Source: Chlorokybus atmophyticus (taxonomy: Eukaryota; Plantae; Mesostigma and Chlorokybus algae). Taken from it: DNA of 64,000 nt. Of this stretch, positions 46,901 to 60,558 are shown piece after piece; within the stretch, counting starts at the first letter, position 1, and each line of letters starts with the position of its first letter. The position numbers and the translations under genes are program-made. The notes below the pieces were generated by a model. It was not told where the DNA came from, did no database searches, and was given only the letters and a program-made list of their open reading frames with translations. The stretch covers positions 376,223 to 440,222 of the forward strand of contig RHPI01001737.1 of assembly GCA_009103225.1 (NCBI GenBank). Direction: 5' to 3'.

Positions 46901-48755
46901 CGGTACATGCAATCCTCAACATTTGCGCCACCGCCTTACCCACGTGACAGCGCGCATGTGCTCATAAGATTCCCACTCATTGTGGCAAACCCTATGTGAG
47001 GCGGAGGCGATGTTGGAGGCGGTGGTCGTGTAGGTTGGTCGCGAGCATGTGACAGTGTAGTGTATCACATGATGTGTGGGTGGGTGGGTGCGTGCGTGCG
47101 TGCGTGCGTGTGTGTATGGTGGATAGTACATATTGTGAACTCTACATCAGCGTATCAGAGAGTGACAATTTAAACAGCCACATGGTAGGCTTGAATTAAA
47201 AGTTTAAGCAGCGGCCAAAAAGCAAGCTCTATTAACTTCTTTGATCATTGCCACCAGTAATCAAACCAAGCACTGCACACAAGCATTGTACACGTTGTTT
47301 ATGATCATAATGAATAGATCCATGATAAATCTGCATATCGCTTCTAAACATAAGCACATCTATACTTAGCGCATTTAAGCATATTTCTAGCCTACTGTTG
47401 AAGTCCTACCATTGCAATAATGATAGTTGCCTCATTTATACACGAAAGCATCAGGCACGATAAACGCTAATCATCGACGCCAAAACACTCTGAGGTTGAA
47501 GCGTGGCGGGGAAGAGGCGGGCGGCATAGAGCATAGCACAGCATACCACATCACGCATGTCTGCTGCTTGATGTTAATGTAACTGCCTACTCTTATAAGC
47601 TGAGAGCGGCTACATGTGTGTGCTAGGTTGATGACTGCTGCTACTATCTACCTAACCCATCGTTGCATTGCACAACACATATGAGTACTTGGTGTAGTGT
47701 GGTGGTCCCACGGAAGTTATTCCAAATACGTCTCTATTTGCTTTACCTGCCTTGCCTTGCATGTGCTGTATATTTTCCTTTTCAGCATAGCATGTGATCG
47801 GATGGTTGGGTGACGATTTGTACCCTATGTGCATGTTGCTTTGGCAGCATGAACATGAAGAGTCTGCATATTCGTGGTGTGAAGGTGAGATAAGGTTTGT
47901 AGCGCTGCGACACCAACAAATCAAATATTCGTTTATGAAATGTGTAGCCTATGTAATGGTTGCTTATTAGGGTGTAGAATGGTTATATATATATCACCAT
48001 GACGGATGCCATGTACATACTCTCGAACATATGCGTACAACTTAAATGCAAAGTGCAAACACATGCCAAGTGTATCTATGTCATAGCTCGATATACTTAC
48101 ATTGCGACTCACATGAATGTGTAAGCACTTGTGTCGCACCGAAGATGCGTCACCAATATGTAGTGGATTGGTGTCAACGTCAAAGAACGTACATTGTATT
48201 TCCACACCACTACTGTGGCAGTATTGTCAGCATTTCACAACAAGGGTGCACACTAATACGAACGCCAAACAAGAGGAATGGAATAATGTATCAAGAAATG
48301 CTTTACAAGAGTGTCACAACCTATGTCGTACAACTAGAGCAACTCCTGCAACATAGTCAGATGTGAAGGCACAACTAACTATGTTATACCACGAACAGAA
48401 CCTTCCTGATCTATCTGACTGCCAGACAGAACCGGAGCGTTGGCTATGCAGCGGCTGCTGTACATAGACAGTGTTCAAGTAGATGCAACGCTGTGCATGA
48501 CAGTACAGGTAACTGTGCCAGGCCATGAAAGCTGACCAAGCACAGTTAGGACTGTGTGATAAAAATACAGGTGCGTAGGTGCCCGCGACATACAATGCGC
48601 GCACTGGCTATCCTGCGGTTCCTAGACTAATAAATATTTTTCGGCTAACTTTGGGTGTGACTTGGAAACCTGATGATGCCAGCGTTGCGGAGGCTCGAGT
48701 TGAGCGCCCACTCACAACCCATGGTGTAACGGTCTGATGAAGTACAAGCCCCGCG

Positions 48756-51700
48756 TCAAGAGTCCAGAGAGCGTTTCTTACTTGGTGGCTCCGCATCCGC
48801 ATCAATCACCACCTGCAGGCAATGGCAGACACATCGTGATGATAAGGGACCAACCTCCATGCAACACTGCGTTACCTCCAAAGCCAGGCGTATATATGCA
48901 TGACTCCCTATCAACTGGCAGGCAACTGACTGCAGGGCTATGCAATGAGTGATGCCAATGTACTAACCTTCAACTTAGACTTGATCAGATGCACTGATAG
49001 TGAGGCGTCCCCTTCTGGCTTTACATGGAAAAGGTCTTGAACATACCGCTCGTTTGAGCAGATTTCAGCTCGAATGATCTGACAGCAAACGCATATAAAC
49101 AAACATGACTTGGACTCATGCTGCAGAGCTGCAGTGCACAACATACTACGGCTACAAATGCAAGGAGCTCACCACAAGCCCAAGTTCTCTCAGTGCATGG
49201 GTGATGTCATGAAGAAGGCCGATCCTGTCTTTGCAATTGATCTGCCAAGTGAAAGCACAGGAGTAAGCGAAGCATCTCAGGCATGGGCATGAAGCCAGCT
49301 GGTCAAGTAGCTATGCACAGATGCACAAAATGGCGACAACATACCTTAATAATGACATGTCCGCTTGTATCCGGTCCTTCTACCACAATCTGGGCACAAA
49401 GAGATGGTCATTACGAATCACAACGCATGCAGCTTATGGCCATTGTGTGACAATCCCCGCGGTCTGTATGCTGATTGTACCTCTTCTCGGGATGACGCAC
49501 TTTCATCAATAGGTGATGCGAATGGAGACAATTGGTTGCCCATCAGCCGCTGATGTGAGGTGGGTTCAGAGTCTGGTGAATTACCACGAGGACTGCTGAT
49601 GTTTGACGGGCTGGAGGGGCTGTTTGTAGGAGAACACATAGCAGTCTGCACTTGAAGCTTTCGTACATACTCAATGACCTCGCCTAAGACAGATGCCTTA
49701 TCCGCCTGCACAATACTTTGTAAGCACAACACTCGCACGCACATGCCTGCAGCAGCCAACACGTGTGCCTACCTTGGCAGCGTTTGGAACCAACAAGCGC
49801 AACGTGTTGAAGCGTTCATTGATGCGGTCTCTTCTCCGCTGCGAGCAAGGACAGCAAGTTAGGTTCCAGCTGCTCCTTGCTCCTGCAAGTAAAGCTCTTC
49901 AATTATTAGTACACCTACCCTTTCAGCGGCACTGTGGCTTTGTGGTTTGGACAATGACCCCATCTTTGCTGGATCACTTCCTGAAGGTGACGTAGGCCCC
50001 GAGATTGTCTGCGCGAAAAAGTGTTTGTCAGTTCTTGACAGACAGCATGTCCACATCTTCATATGCAAAGTCAAATTGAGCCAGGCAGCTGCCGGAGCCA
50101 GCGCGGACAAATGGGATAGTACCTGCTTATAGATGGCACCAGGAGCTGCTGCCAGGTCCTTAGAAAGATCCCTTATCACAGTTGGCTTGCGGGACTTTTC
50201 AAGCATACTAAGAGTGTTTGGGAAGCTGGATGACCGTGAGTGGGCCAGACCCTACAAAGCACGCAGTTCTCAACTGTTGGCCAAACACCACTTGCTTACT
50301 ACTCAGGATAGCATGAGCGCAGGTTTGCCTGGCTGGAGCAGCAAGCAAAGCCTCCATACCTGTGAGCTTGTTGTGATTGAGCTAGAAGATGGAGCCTCCG
50401 GAGACTGCAACTCACTATGAGGGGGTCTATTGATGGGAGTGGGCTGGCTTGTTGTGGGTATGCTGCCGCGCGCAGCAAGGTTGGGAGACTGTGGGGGGAG
50501 AGACAGAGGGGAGGGTGCGCTTGACTTGTGTATGGGGGAAGTGATGGCACTGCGCATGGGATCCAGTTGGAGCATCTTGGACCTGGACAACATGTCTCAT
50601 TAAGCAAGCAGTTTGCCAAAGTGCCATAATTTGCCAGAGCATCTCAACAAGGTACCGACCTGCCAGGAACATCTCCAGCTAGCGCGGCCTCTAGTTCACT
50701 TCCAGAATATTGCACGCGTCTTGACAGTTCAGTGGTGTCAAGCCACGGCCGTTTCTGGCGGGTATCAACTGGGGATGTCAGGGGTTTAGGAAATGTGGGA
50801 AATTTCTGACTCCATGAGTCCAGGGACTGTTGCGACTCGGCAAGATCATCAGCAGACAGGCTAGCGCGCTCTCCCTTGACAGCGGCACCCAAGTCCAGCT
50901 GTCCAAAGCCAGAGTCCCGGACGGTAGTATTGTAATAAGGAGGGTAGCCACTCAACATGTTGTGCGCTGGTGGCAGACCAGGTGGCGCAGTTCCGAAAGA
51001 AGGCTGCCGTTGCAACTGCACATGTTGTGATTAGCGTGAGCACTAAGAAGATCAAGCAATGAGAAGGTGAGTTCGTGCAACGCAAATTGTGGTCATACCT
51101 GTCGTTGCGCGCCAAAAAGATTGTCTTCAGTCACAAAATCTGTAGGTGCTAGCGGCAAATACCCACTGAATGACGTTCGCTTCGGCTCTGCAGCTGCGAA
51201 AGCCGCACTAAGCTCCCACTCCGAGCTGGTTTGCAGCAGTGGAGTGGCTGCCGACATGCTGTTTGATGGGCCCAATGTGCTGTGCAAACCACTGCATCAG
51301 AACTCAACCCTTTCTGCAAGAACTCAATAGACACAAACAAAGACTCACCTCTGCGTGACTCCAAACCAGTTCTCTGCTGAGTTGATGGGAACTCGTACTG
51401 AGGGTGCACTATGGGTTCGATGCAAACCAGCGGAACCCGGGATTTGGTATGGCAGTTGGGAGTCCTGTGTAGCATACACAGCTGGCTGAGCTTGCTGCAA
51501 AGTTGAAGCTGGGGTTTATCTGCACTATGGCTGATGCAGATGAACCCCAGCTTTAGCATGCTGATGTGCAAGTGCACAGACAACCAATCCTGTTGTACAA
51601 ATGCAGCACAAATGATGACTGCAAATCACAGCACTACTCCCGACCAGCCAATGTATGTGCTGAAAAAGTGCCATGGTACAAGAAGCCACGAAGTGGCAAC

Positions 51701-52543
51701 GAAGACTCTAAGCAAACATGGCACGGCTGTTGCGAAAAAGCGGAGGCAGCATCAAGTGTGAGTAAACAACGCCTGGCAGGCACCAAGCGCACTGATGTGA
51801 CAGACACGCCACCGACACCGCGAACGTAGACGCTTCACTGGCGGTTATTCGAAAAGATTTGGCGTCATGGAAAACCACGATGCAACAGACAGGACTGTCA
51901 TGTCACAAAACCTGGTCACAAACCACCAGCTTCTTTCACTACCTCTGCGCAGCACAAGTGCGAGCAAAGTGTGCACATGTGCTAATCACTCTCAAGGCAT
52001 AACGGACGGCACTGCCTCGTGACCGACGAAGCGAGGCAGGCACTTGAAACAGCAGAGACTGCGAAACGCACAAGCATTGCCATCACCCAACGCGCTGAAA
52101 CTAATCTGCCCTTTGCAATGAAACCAGCCAGCGGTGTCTACCTGCTGAGTCAAACACAGAACCTGACTGTTGTAACAAAGCATTAACCAATTCCTGCCTG
52201 CACCTTGCAGACGCAATTTGCAACAAGACAGGAAAAAGCAGTGACACATTGTACAGCAGCCAATGAAAAACACCCCGGCTGTGATGTGTGCAGAACTTAC
52301 CGGGTCAAACATCTCAAGCATGGCACTGAGGTCAGCATCGTGGCCAAAAGAGAAGTCGCCCATGCCAGGCGCAGAAGCAAGGGATGATGACATCGAGCTT
52401 GGGCCGGCTGTGGCCCTCTCCGCCTCCCCCCAAGCAACCTCGCCTTGATCACCACCGGCAGCCAACACCGACGAAGCAGCGTTTCCGCCACCTGCAGCTC
52501 GGAGGCCCTTGACAGGGCCAGCCGCTGTGCGGCCGCCTAGCAT
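48756..52543 (-). CDS. bHLH transcription factor with C-terminal ACT-like domain; multi-exon
   Basis: Spliced HSAAER|RRRDRINERFNTLRLLVPNAAK|ADKASVLGEVIEYVRKLQ. C-terminal VIIK|INCKDRIGLLHDITHALRELGLV|IIRAEI..VQDLFHV; stop at 48756-48758. N-terminal exons and the start codon are less certain. Confidence 0.88.
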
Positions 52544-54302
52544 AACCCCCCGGCCTCCTCCAACCCCGTTCCCTGCAGCAGGGCCTCACCCTGCCGCCCG
52601 CTGGGACACCAACAATGGCGGCATCCTGGACAACGTTGCCGAGGACGTGCAGCACACACACACACACGACTGCTGTTTTGTGCAAACGGACGTTGACGTC
52701 GTCAAGCACCTCGAGCTTCTGTCTCGATAAACAGCCTACCGATCACTACAGCTGGCTTGGCCCAACGTTGACGCTGGCCGCCAGCACCGCAGGCGGCGTA
52801 GCGGGCCGCCGCCCCACCGCCGCCGACGCCGACGCCGACGCCGAACAGCGCTGCCCGGCAAACAGACAGTCTCCTAGCGAACTGGAATGCGAGGTGCGAG
52901 GAGAACGGTGCAGTCTGACTGGACCAGCTAGGCGCTGTGTGTACCACTGTGTAATTAAAACAAAAAACGTCAGTGAGCAAGCTGTCGTCCTCTGAACAAG
53001 CCCCTGCCCACACAAATGGAGCAGCCGGCAAAAGTTGGCCCAATGCCTTTTCTTTCTCGCCAAAATGCAGGCAACAGGACACTTTCTTGCGGCGTAGTGG
53101 CGCGCTATGCTTTGATGGCGCGCAACTAAAGGCAGTGCTTGAAGTACCAATCGCCCTTTCCGCTCCAAAGTAACACCGGTCACTAACCTGCACTATGGCC
53201 TGCTTTGGTAGGCCTGCTTAAATTACAAAAAGCTACCAAGCTGACCAATGTAGCCGACATGTATTGATAGAAATCGGATGGTCAAGTACCAAGCAGTACG
53301 GCCTCGTTATAAATCTCTGTCCGGCGCGTTGTGTATTTAGGATTTGCCGTGGCTGCATGCGCCGGTGCTATGTTGCCGCAAGCGACCACAGCCTGGGAAT
53401 CTTAGGCGTTCCAATGTCACAAAATTTGCATTTGGGCAAGAAGAAGCCAATTCACCAAGGTGCGTACCTTTTTGGGGGGTTCGGGACCAACTGTAGACCT
53501 ACATGTACCGACGTCGTAGGGCGCCAGACGACGGTGTCTAGTTGTCAAGTGGACGCTCTGCAGAGTCTGCCACCTTCAGATCCGTGCTCCACGTGCGTAC
53601 TGGACGTCAGAGGAACAATGCAGTCCCAAAATGGGTGGCGTCATCTCTCGACTCTGTCGCTGGTACGAATAGTTCACTGCAACGCAGCATAAACACATCG
53701 TGCAGTGAGCTGCAACTATGGAATCTGAACTCTTCAACAATTCATTGCATTGCAGTGAGTGCACTGGGGCAAGAAGCAGCGCGCAATGGTCGGCGAATGC
53801 GTTGCAATTAGCGCGCGCATTCTGGTCACGGAAGCTTCGGTAGGGTCGGCGCGCAGCGCGATGGTCACGCGATGCGCCACCCTACCCGCCGGGTAGGGCC
53901 TACCGGAAGGGGTCAATCAAGGGGCGCTGTACGTGAATATCTTGAGGTATTCAATACGGAGTACTGACAAGTACCTTAGACCAGGTTGCATATCTGGACG
54001 ATGGTCCGTTAGCGCAGGTCAGGCGAGGGTATGCATCGTTGTACAGTTCAACTGTATACGACTGCATCCCATTGGCCCAAAAGCGACCGGATCTAGATTT
54101 GTGAAGATTCTCTTGAAAGCTGCCTCCGTGATGTCAGACCCAGCACGTCACCAAATTGATTGCCATGTCACAGTTGCAATCGGCACAATGCAACAGGTTG
54201 GCACAACACCAGCTGTGCTGGTCCAGCACCCTAGAATGACCCTAGTGACCTTGTTACAAGGGAATTTTGTTCGAAAGCGTGTTGATGAGTGCTATAATAC
54301 GT

Positions 54303-55164
54303 AACTAGTGGTGCGGCTGCTTGGTCGGGCCGGCCGACCGGCCGGCCGTTACGCAAGCAAGGTCACTTACATACAACACACGCGCGCAAGGGCCATCACT
54401 GGGCCTTGCGCGAGCCTATCACACATGGCACCCGCGACTGCCGGGCTGCGCGGTAGTGTGCGCGACCTGCTGCCTCTCATTGGCTGGGCGGCCAGTACTC
54501 GCGTTGAACCGGTATGTCTGCTAGAGACAAGATCGTGACCGTCCAAGGCACATCTCCGTCACGCAAATTTATGGCAACAACTGACAACAATCAGCACACT
54601 ATGCACACTCCGTGTGCAATGGCCACATGTGACGGCATAATGTTCAGTTGGATATGTTCTAGGATATCTTAAATCGTTAGTACATGGTGGTATATAGTAG
54701 CAGACTGACTGTGTATTACACGTATGGCCGCATGTGATTATACATACAGAACAGTTACATATAAGCTTCAATTGTTGGTTTACAATAAAATTCGCTTACA
54801 CGATCCGCATACTACTATTGTCACCATTTAAACCTACCCCTCTCACAGCCTGTATGACTATTTCCTATTGTACCGCCCAAAATGTTGAAAAAGATTTTGT
54901 TTAATAGGCATATCATTAGAAGAAACGGTTTTGAGTTTAGATGTAATTTGGCCGTCAAGCTATACGTCAGCCGAACTACTGGTGCGGCTTTTTTGTCGGG
55001 CCGGCCGGCATTTAAGGTCACCTACATGATGTGTGACGCAGGCTACATCACACATCCCGCGCCACGGCCATTACGCTTGGCACTTGCAACTGCCAGGCTA
55101 CTCGGCAGTATGCGCGGCCCGCCTGCCTTTCATTGGCTAGGCGGCAAGCACGAATGCTGAACCG
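54303..55164. repeat. Diverged direct repeat of about 200 bp (54303-54511 and 54974-55164)
   Basis: Shared blocks AACTA.TGGTGCGGCT, GTCGGGCCGGCCG, AAGGTCAC.TACAT, CTCATTGGCT.GGCGG and TGAACCG. Confidence 0.7.
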
Positions 55165-56040
55165 TTGAAGCTGCTTAAACATCATTCTGGCCTTTTGAAA
55201 CTCGTCCAATTGTTCAAATGCATGCCAATAGAATATTAAGCATAGTAGTGCATGCATGGCCACTTAGGGTAAATGTCCCTAATTTGGGAACGGGCCCCAA
55301 CTTGCGGAATTCTTGTTTTTGTAGTTGGCGGACCAAATGGTTGTTGCCGGTCAAACTATAGGTGGAGACTATTAAACTCATAACCAACTCAAACGGCCTA
55401 CCAAAGCAATATTAACATTTTAGTGTTTTAAACGGGGGGGTGAAACTTGAACGTTTGTATTGTGACAAGTTGTCATATAAACTCCAAATGCGATGATTGG
55501 TTTTTGTTGAGTTTATGTATATATAAAAAGCTTATCTACCAAGTTTCATGGCATCCCATGCCGAAATGCAAAAATTACAAAGCTGTTAATTATGAGGTAA
55601 CGCGTAATGTTTTGAGTGAAATTAAAAGTGTGTGTTGTGGCTATTGTAGCAGCCCAAATAAAATGGTGCGCATTGAGTGTCGTCATTGTGTTGCCCATAG
55701 CAGAATGCCAAGCACTAAACTTCAGTTTAATCGCTAAGTTGGGGTTGCCACATGTGTAGGTTGTGTGTGAGGGCTGTGAAGGAGTTGGTGTGCGGAAAGT
55801 TGGCAAGTGCTTTATAGCGCGTTGGATAATTGGTGTGCAGCATGGCAGCAACTTAGGAGGCAGTGATAGTAGGATTGCAAAGAGTAGTTTTGTACCAAGC
55901 AGCAATTTACATGGACTATGTAACATCGGCGCCTTAACCACCAGGTTACGGCAGCAAAAGTCGCTGCCATAGGGGGAGCCACAAGCTTCATATATCTTGC
56001 ACACTACTACAACTGCCACAACTCTATGGTGCAGAGAAGC

Positions 56041-56787
56041 TGTAACAGAGTGCTACCTCTGTAGGGGTTCCTCGCCCTTATTTTGGATTAAATAAGGGTC
56101 TCAACGGGTGTATACAGCCAATCAAACAGTATTAAGGCCGTTGACCTAGTGTTAAGGCCTCAGTGTAGTGTTGTTTATTTATAACACAGATATTGACATG
56201 AGACATATGACAACGGGTGTATACAGCCAATCAAACAGTATTAAGGCCGTTGACCTAGTGTTAAGGCCTCAGTGTAGTATTGTTTATTTGTAACACAGAT
56301 ATTGACATGAGACATATGACATGAGTCTCATGTAAATATCGGCTCTATGGTGGAACTGCTAACGCAGCAGCCGCCACAGCGTGCAGATTAGGTGGTCCGG
56401 CGGTTGCCCCTGACGGCGGCGGTGTCGACGTGGCCGGTGGCGATGTTGGGGTAGAGGGTTGAAGGGAGGAGGTAGCACTCCCTCTCCTTACATTGGTATT
56501 GGGGCAAGGGCGGGGAGGGGTCGGTGGGGGGCGGCAGCGGCTTGGGCTTAAAGGCGGCAATAGCGCGCAGTGGCGGCAGGCGGCAGCGATGGCAGCGACG
56601 GCGGCGGCAACGAGCCACCAGCTAGGGTGGGTTAGTGGTGGTTGTTGGTTGTGTGTAAACGCTGCTGCTGGTGTAGCTAAGCCTTGCTTGCTTACTTAGC
56701 CTAGCCTAGCCCAGCCTAGTTGCCCTGGCCTAGCTTAGCTTGCTGTTAGGGGAGGCGGCCACTCAGGCCTCTCCTCTAAGCATTACA
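56041..56787. repeat. LTR (family B), probably solo, with internal 109-bp tandem duplication
   Basis: TGTAAC...TTACA termini; homologous to 2845-3185; duplication at 56102-56210 and 56211-56319. No matching TSD. Confidence 0.65.
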
Positions 56788-57967
56788 TGCACTGCACATG
56801 ACATAGTAACAATCATATTATATTGCACTTGTGTATGCGATACATAAGCAAAATATGGCAAGCGGCTTGTCATCATATGGATTCGTGGTGGTGTGAAGGG
56901 TTTGAAGTTGAAGTGTTTACACTTGCAATCCTTTGGGGCAGTCCGGTGGCAATATTGGCTATTTCGACCGCTACTCAGTGCGGTGAGGCCAGAGTCATTT
57001 TGGGCGGCCAATATCAAACTCACGACTTACACCTTGTCGATATCCGCATGTAGGGTTGATGTAACGAGGTTTTAGCACCTTGTGTGTCAATTGTAATTGT
57101 CAGTTTAGTTGACTTACACCAAGTGAAAATCTGAAGTTGCTATAGCTTGTCAACCGTTGCGTGAATTCACGTGTGCTTTGTCTCAAAGCGAGTGTCTAAT
57201 GATTGAAAGGTTTGTGGAAAGCTCTTGTTTGAGCTAACTATTTCACTTTAAGCACTTAAAACTTGACGAGGCAAATTCGATAGATTTTAACATTGTTAAA
57301 GTGCACAACTTGTGTGTTTGTGCATTTGCACACTTTTATATTTGACGGCTTGTGTCCTGAGCAAATGTCTGACCAAGGAGAGGAAGGTGTGGGGTATCCT
57401 TCTATGGCTGAGCAGTCAACATCATACGAGCCATCTAGTGATGAGGAAGTGAAGCATTCGGACACGAGTGAAAGCTATAAGCTTATTGGCAGTGACAAGG
57501 AAAAAGAAGCTACGCAGAACAGGGATGCTTTTCTCAACTAGTCTTCTCAAGGTGGACCGGTGGACACTCAAACTGTCATTAGCAGGGCCATTAAGAAGTA
57601 TGCCTAAGAGCGAAAGGCTCTGCTTTCTGCCCGCCCTCAGCTTTGCAAAAAAACGTGGGATGCATGGGCGCAGAAGGTTCATAATGACTATGAGAAAGAC
57701 TTTGCCACACTTCCTCGCGTAAGCAAAGAGATGGTGATCCGCATGCTTGAGCACGAGCTGACGAACAACATCCCGCCGCTCGTGCGAGGTGATCCGAGAG
57801 TGGCTGTTCTCATAACCTTATATGATAAGCCAATTCCATACGAAGGGAAGCGCATGGCGTTTGAGGCTTTGGCCAACTTGGTGGTGGAAAACTCACAGCG
57901 TTGCAAGGACGTGTTTTGATATACTTTGAACCTGATTTGGAAAACAAGTTGACAGGCCAAAAATAGA

Positions 57968-58510
57968 TGGCGGCACGCCTCAAGGATATGCAGTTAGAGT
58001 TGGTGGCGCTGCGCGGACAAGTAGCGGGTGCTACATCAGCAGCTGGTGCGTCAGCGGGGCTGCCAGCTACAGTTGAATAAGCCTAAGAAGCTCAAGCCCA
58101 ACGGCAGTGTCAGCATCCACGACCGGGTGGTCACTGCTGAGCATTACTTAATAGCATTGAAGCGCCTTATTGGTGAGCACATTGTTGTTGCTGAGTTGCT
58201 TATGCCATCTGACGCTCTCGCCGAGTGGGCAAGGCAAACAGAGGATGGTGCGGCTAAGATAGTGGAAGCACTATTCAAGTTCCTTATGGAGCGCTATGAT
58301 GGCATGGATCCTGCTACTTAGGCTCGCAACAAGCTCAACATGTTGCGACAGAATGGCCAGGCGGCTTCAGTTTATCTGCACGAGTTCCAAGCAGTGATGG
58401 GTCGCATGAACAGTGGCGTCATGCCCATTGGCAAAGCTGAGCAATCTGAGTTGTACAAGCGCGGCTTGGACTCGCATGTGCGCAGTCAGCTGCAGAATTA
58501 CACAATACGG
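57968..58510 (+). pseudogene. Retrotransposon gag remnant
   Basis: FLMERYDGMDPAT*ARNKLNMLRQNGQAASVYLHEF...YKRGLDSHVRSQL. Confidence 0.7.
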
Positions 58511-58779
58511 CAACGGGACTTCCTTGGGTTACTGAGGACTTGGCCAAGCTGCAGAAGTTGAGCGTGTATCCGTACAGCAATGACACGGCGGTGCATGAGA
58601 AGGCACATGTGGCAGATGCGGCCAAGCCGCAGAGGTGGTAATCAGCGCTGCAGGCAGAGATGAGAGGAGTCCTCAGCAGCAGCAAAACCAATAGCAAGGC
58701 AAGGGGCATTATCTTGAGCGGACGAGGAAGGGTCTTGTAGAAAACTGATGAGGTCTTGTAGAAAACTGATGCAGATAGT

Positions 58780-59727
58780 TGGCGTCAGGCAATGGATGAA
58801 GAGATAGCTTTGCTGCATGCCAATGCGACGTGGGGACTTGAAGTTCCACCTGCATGGGTTCAGCCTATTCTTGTCAAGTGGGTGTTGAAGGTGAAAAGGG
58901 ACGGCAATGGCAACATTGAGGTATGAAGCCAGATTGGTTGCTGAAGGGTTTCTGCAGCAGGAAGGAGTGGACTTCATGAGGTGTTTGCACCTGTGGGGAA
59001 GTTGGCAACCTTTAGAGCTATAGTGGCAGTTGTGTTAGCAGATAACCAGGAGTTCCATCACTTGGATGTCAAGACAGCAATCCTGTACGGGGAGCTGGAG
59101 GAGAGAGTCTACATTCAGCAACCAAGAGGGTACTAGGAGGGGTCAAATGATACAGCATGCAGATTGGTGAAGGCATTATATGGCTTGAAGCAGGCACCAC
59201 GGGTGTGGCCTGCCAGACTGTGCAAGGAGCTCCAGAAGCAGGGGTTTGCAGCAAGTTTGGCAGATACAAGCTTGTTGTTGTTGCTCTCGTGGTGTTATAC
59301 CGTGAGAGCAAGCATGTATGGCTGTTGGTGTACATGTACGACATTCTGATTACAGCATCAGAGTTGTCAAAAGTGCAGCGAGTGAAGACTCGGCTGCAGG
59401 CTGTGTTCGAGTGCAAAGTCTTGGACGAGACAACATACTTCTCCAGTATGGTTGTCACCTGGAACAGAACTGCTAGAAACATCATCATTACGCAATAGCA
59501 ACTAGTGAAGCAGTTGGTGACAAAGTTTGATCTCGATAATGCGAATGTCAGAGAGGTGGCGGTGAGCGTGGGAGTTCAGTTTGTGAGAGCACTTGATAGT
59601 GATGAAGAGCTAATAAGGTCAAGTGTCCCTACTGCAAGCTGGTGGGGAGCCTTCTCCACCTGTCCATTGCATCTTAGCCTGACATTGCACATGCTGTGGG
59701 ACAGTTGGCAAAGTACATGTCGTGGTA
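58780..59727 (+). pseudogene. Ty1/copia reverse transcriptase remnant
   Basis: AMDEEI..KWVLKVKRDGNG..ARLVAEGF.QQEGVDF..FAPV; HLDVKTAILYGELEE.VY; [13 protein letters not shown]; AHAVGQLAKYMS, cut by the LTR at 59728. Confidence 0.92.
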
Positions 59728-59961
59728 TGTCGGGTCGAGGAGAGTCGAGGGTCACACTGTCTCGGGTCGCTGCAGGGAAAGACATGCTTGCTAGCCCTGC
59801 TGCTGCAACATGTTATAACATGTAGCGAAAGTAAAAGATAACCCAGCTCGTATGGCGGGGAGTGCTTGGTGGAGCTGCGTTGCTGTCGCTGAGTCACACA
59901 AACATGTGGAGGCGGTGTCCTCCTTAGTGTACATGTTGTGCTGTAGGACACACAATCAACA
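59728..59961 (-). repeat. 234-bp LTR copy with partial PPT
   Basis: About 8 mismatches against 60559-60792; followed by AGCCACC. Confidence 0.9.
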
Positions 59962-60558
59962 AGCCACCAATATAGGTAGTGCTGTTTACACAGTTCTTTG
60001 CATGAGCGGAAAATGTGTTACACTGTTAAGTGAGCTGAATGAGCAAGCAACACATGGATACTATGCCCTGACTGATGCCAACAACCACACTGCAACTAGG
60101 CACACCAAGCTCACAGCGATGACAAGCACGATGCACACACGAGCATGCACATGCTCTCACACAGTGAGGGGGTTCTTGGTAACCGGGATGGCGTGTTCGC
60201 AGTTCAAGTTGTTTCATAAGCTCTTAGCTTTCTCACTCACATCGTCACCAGCTGATCCGGTGAACACTGTGACTACTTATACAAGACGAATCATGACTGT
60301 TCAAAACATAAACTAACGGTCATATCGAGGCTATTTCCACAGCAATTGTTACTCGATATAGAACACAACTTCTAACTGAACTAAACTGAATAGCTACGCG
60401 CGGTGCCTATGTAGGCTATGGTCGTGAGCTACCCTGAAGTCATGACCTAGCTACTGGTCAAGGACACGCGCGCGTTGGTATGCTGGTAGGCCGGGCGACG
60501 GTTTTGATGTAGACATGCCCGATGAAGGCTGGTATGTGTGGACACTAGGCATGACAGC

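Noticed and set aside
42149-47131. Numerous His/Thr/Ala/Cys/Val-rich ORFs in the six-frame track
   Set aside because: They are translations of CA/GT-rich intronic and intergenic tracts.
55263-55310. TA-GGGTAAATGTCCC as a DNA-transposon TIR
   Set aside because: No inverted partner found in the window.
57300-57960. Acidic ORF upstream of gag as a host gene
   Set aside because: Interrupted by several stops, no splice pattern and no recognisable domain; probably TE-derived.
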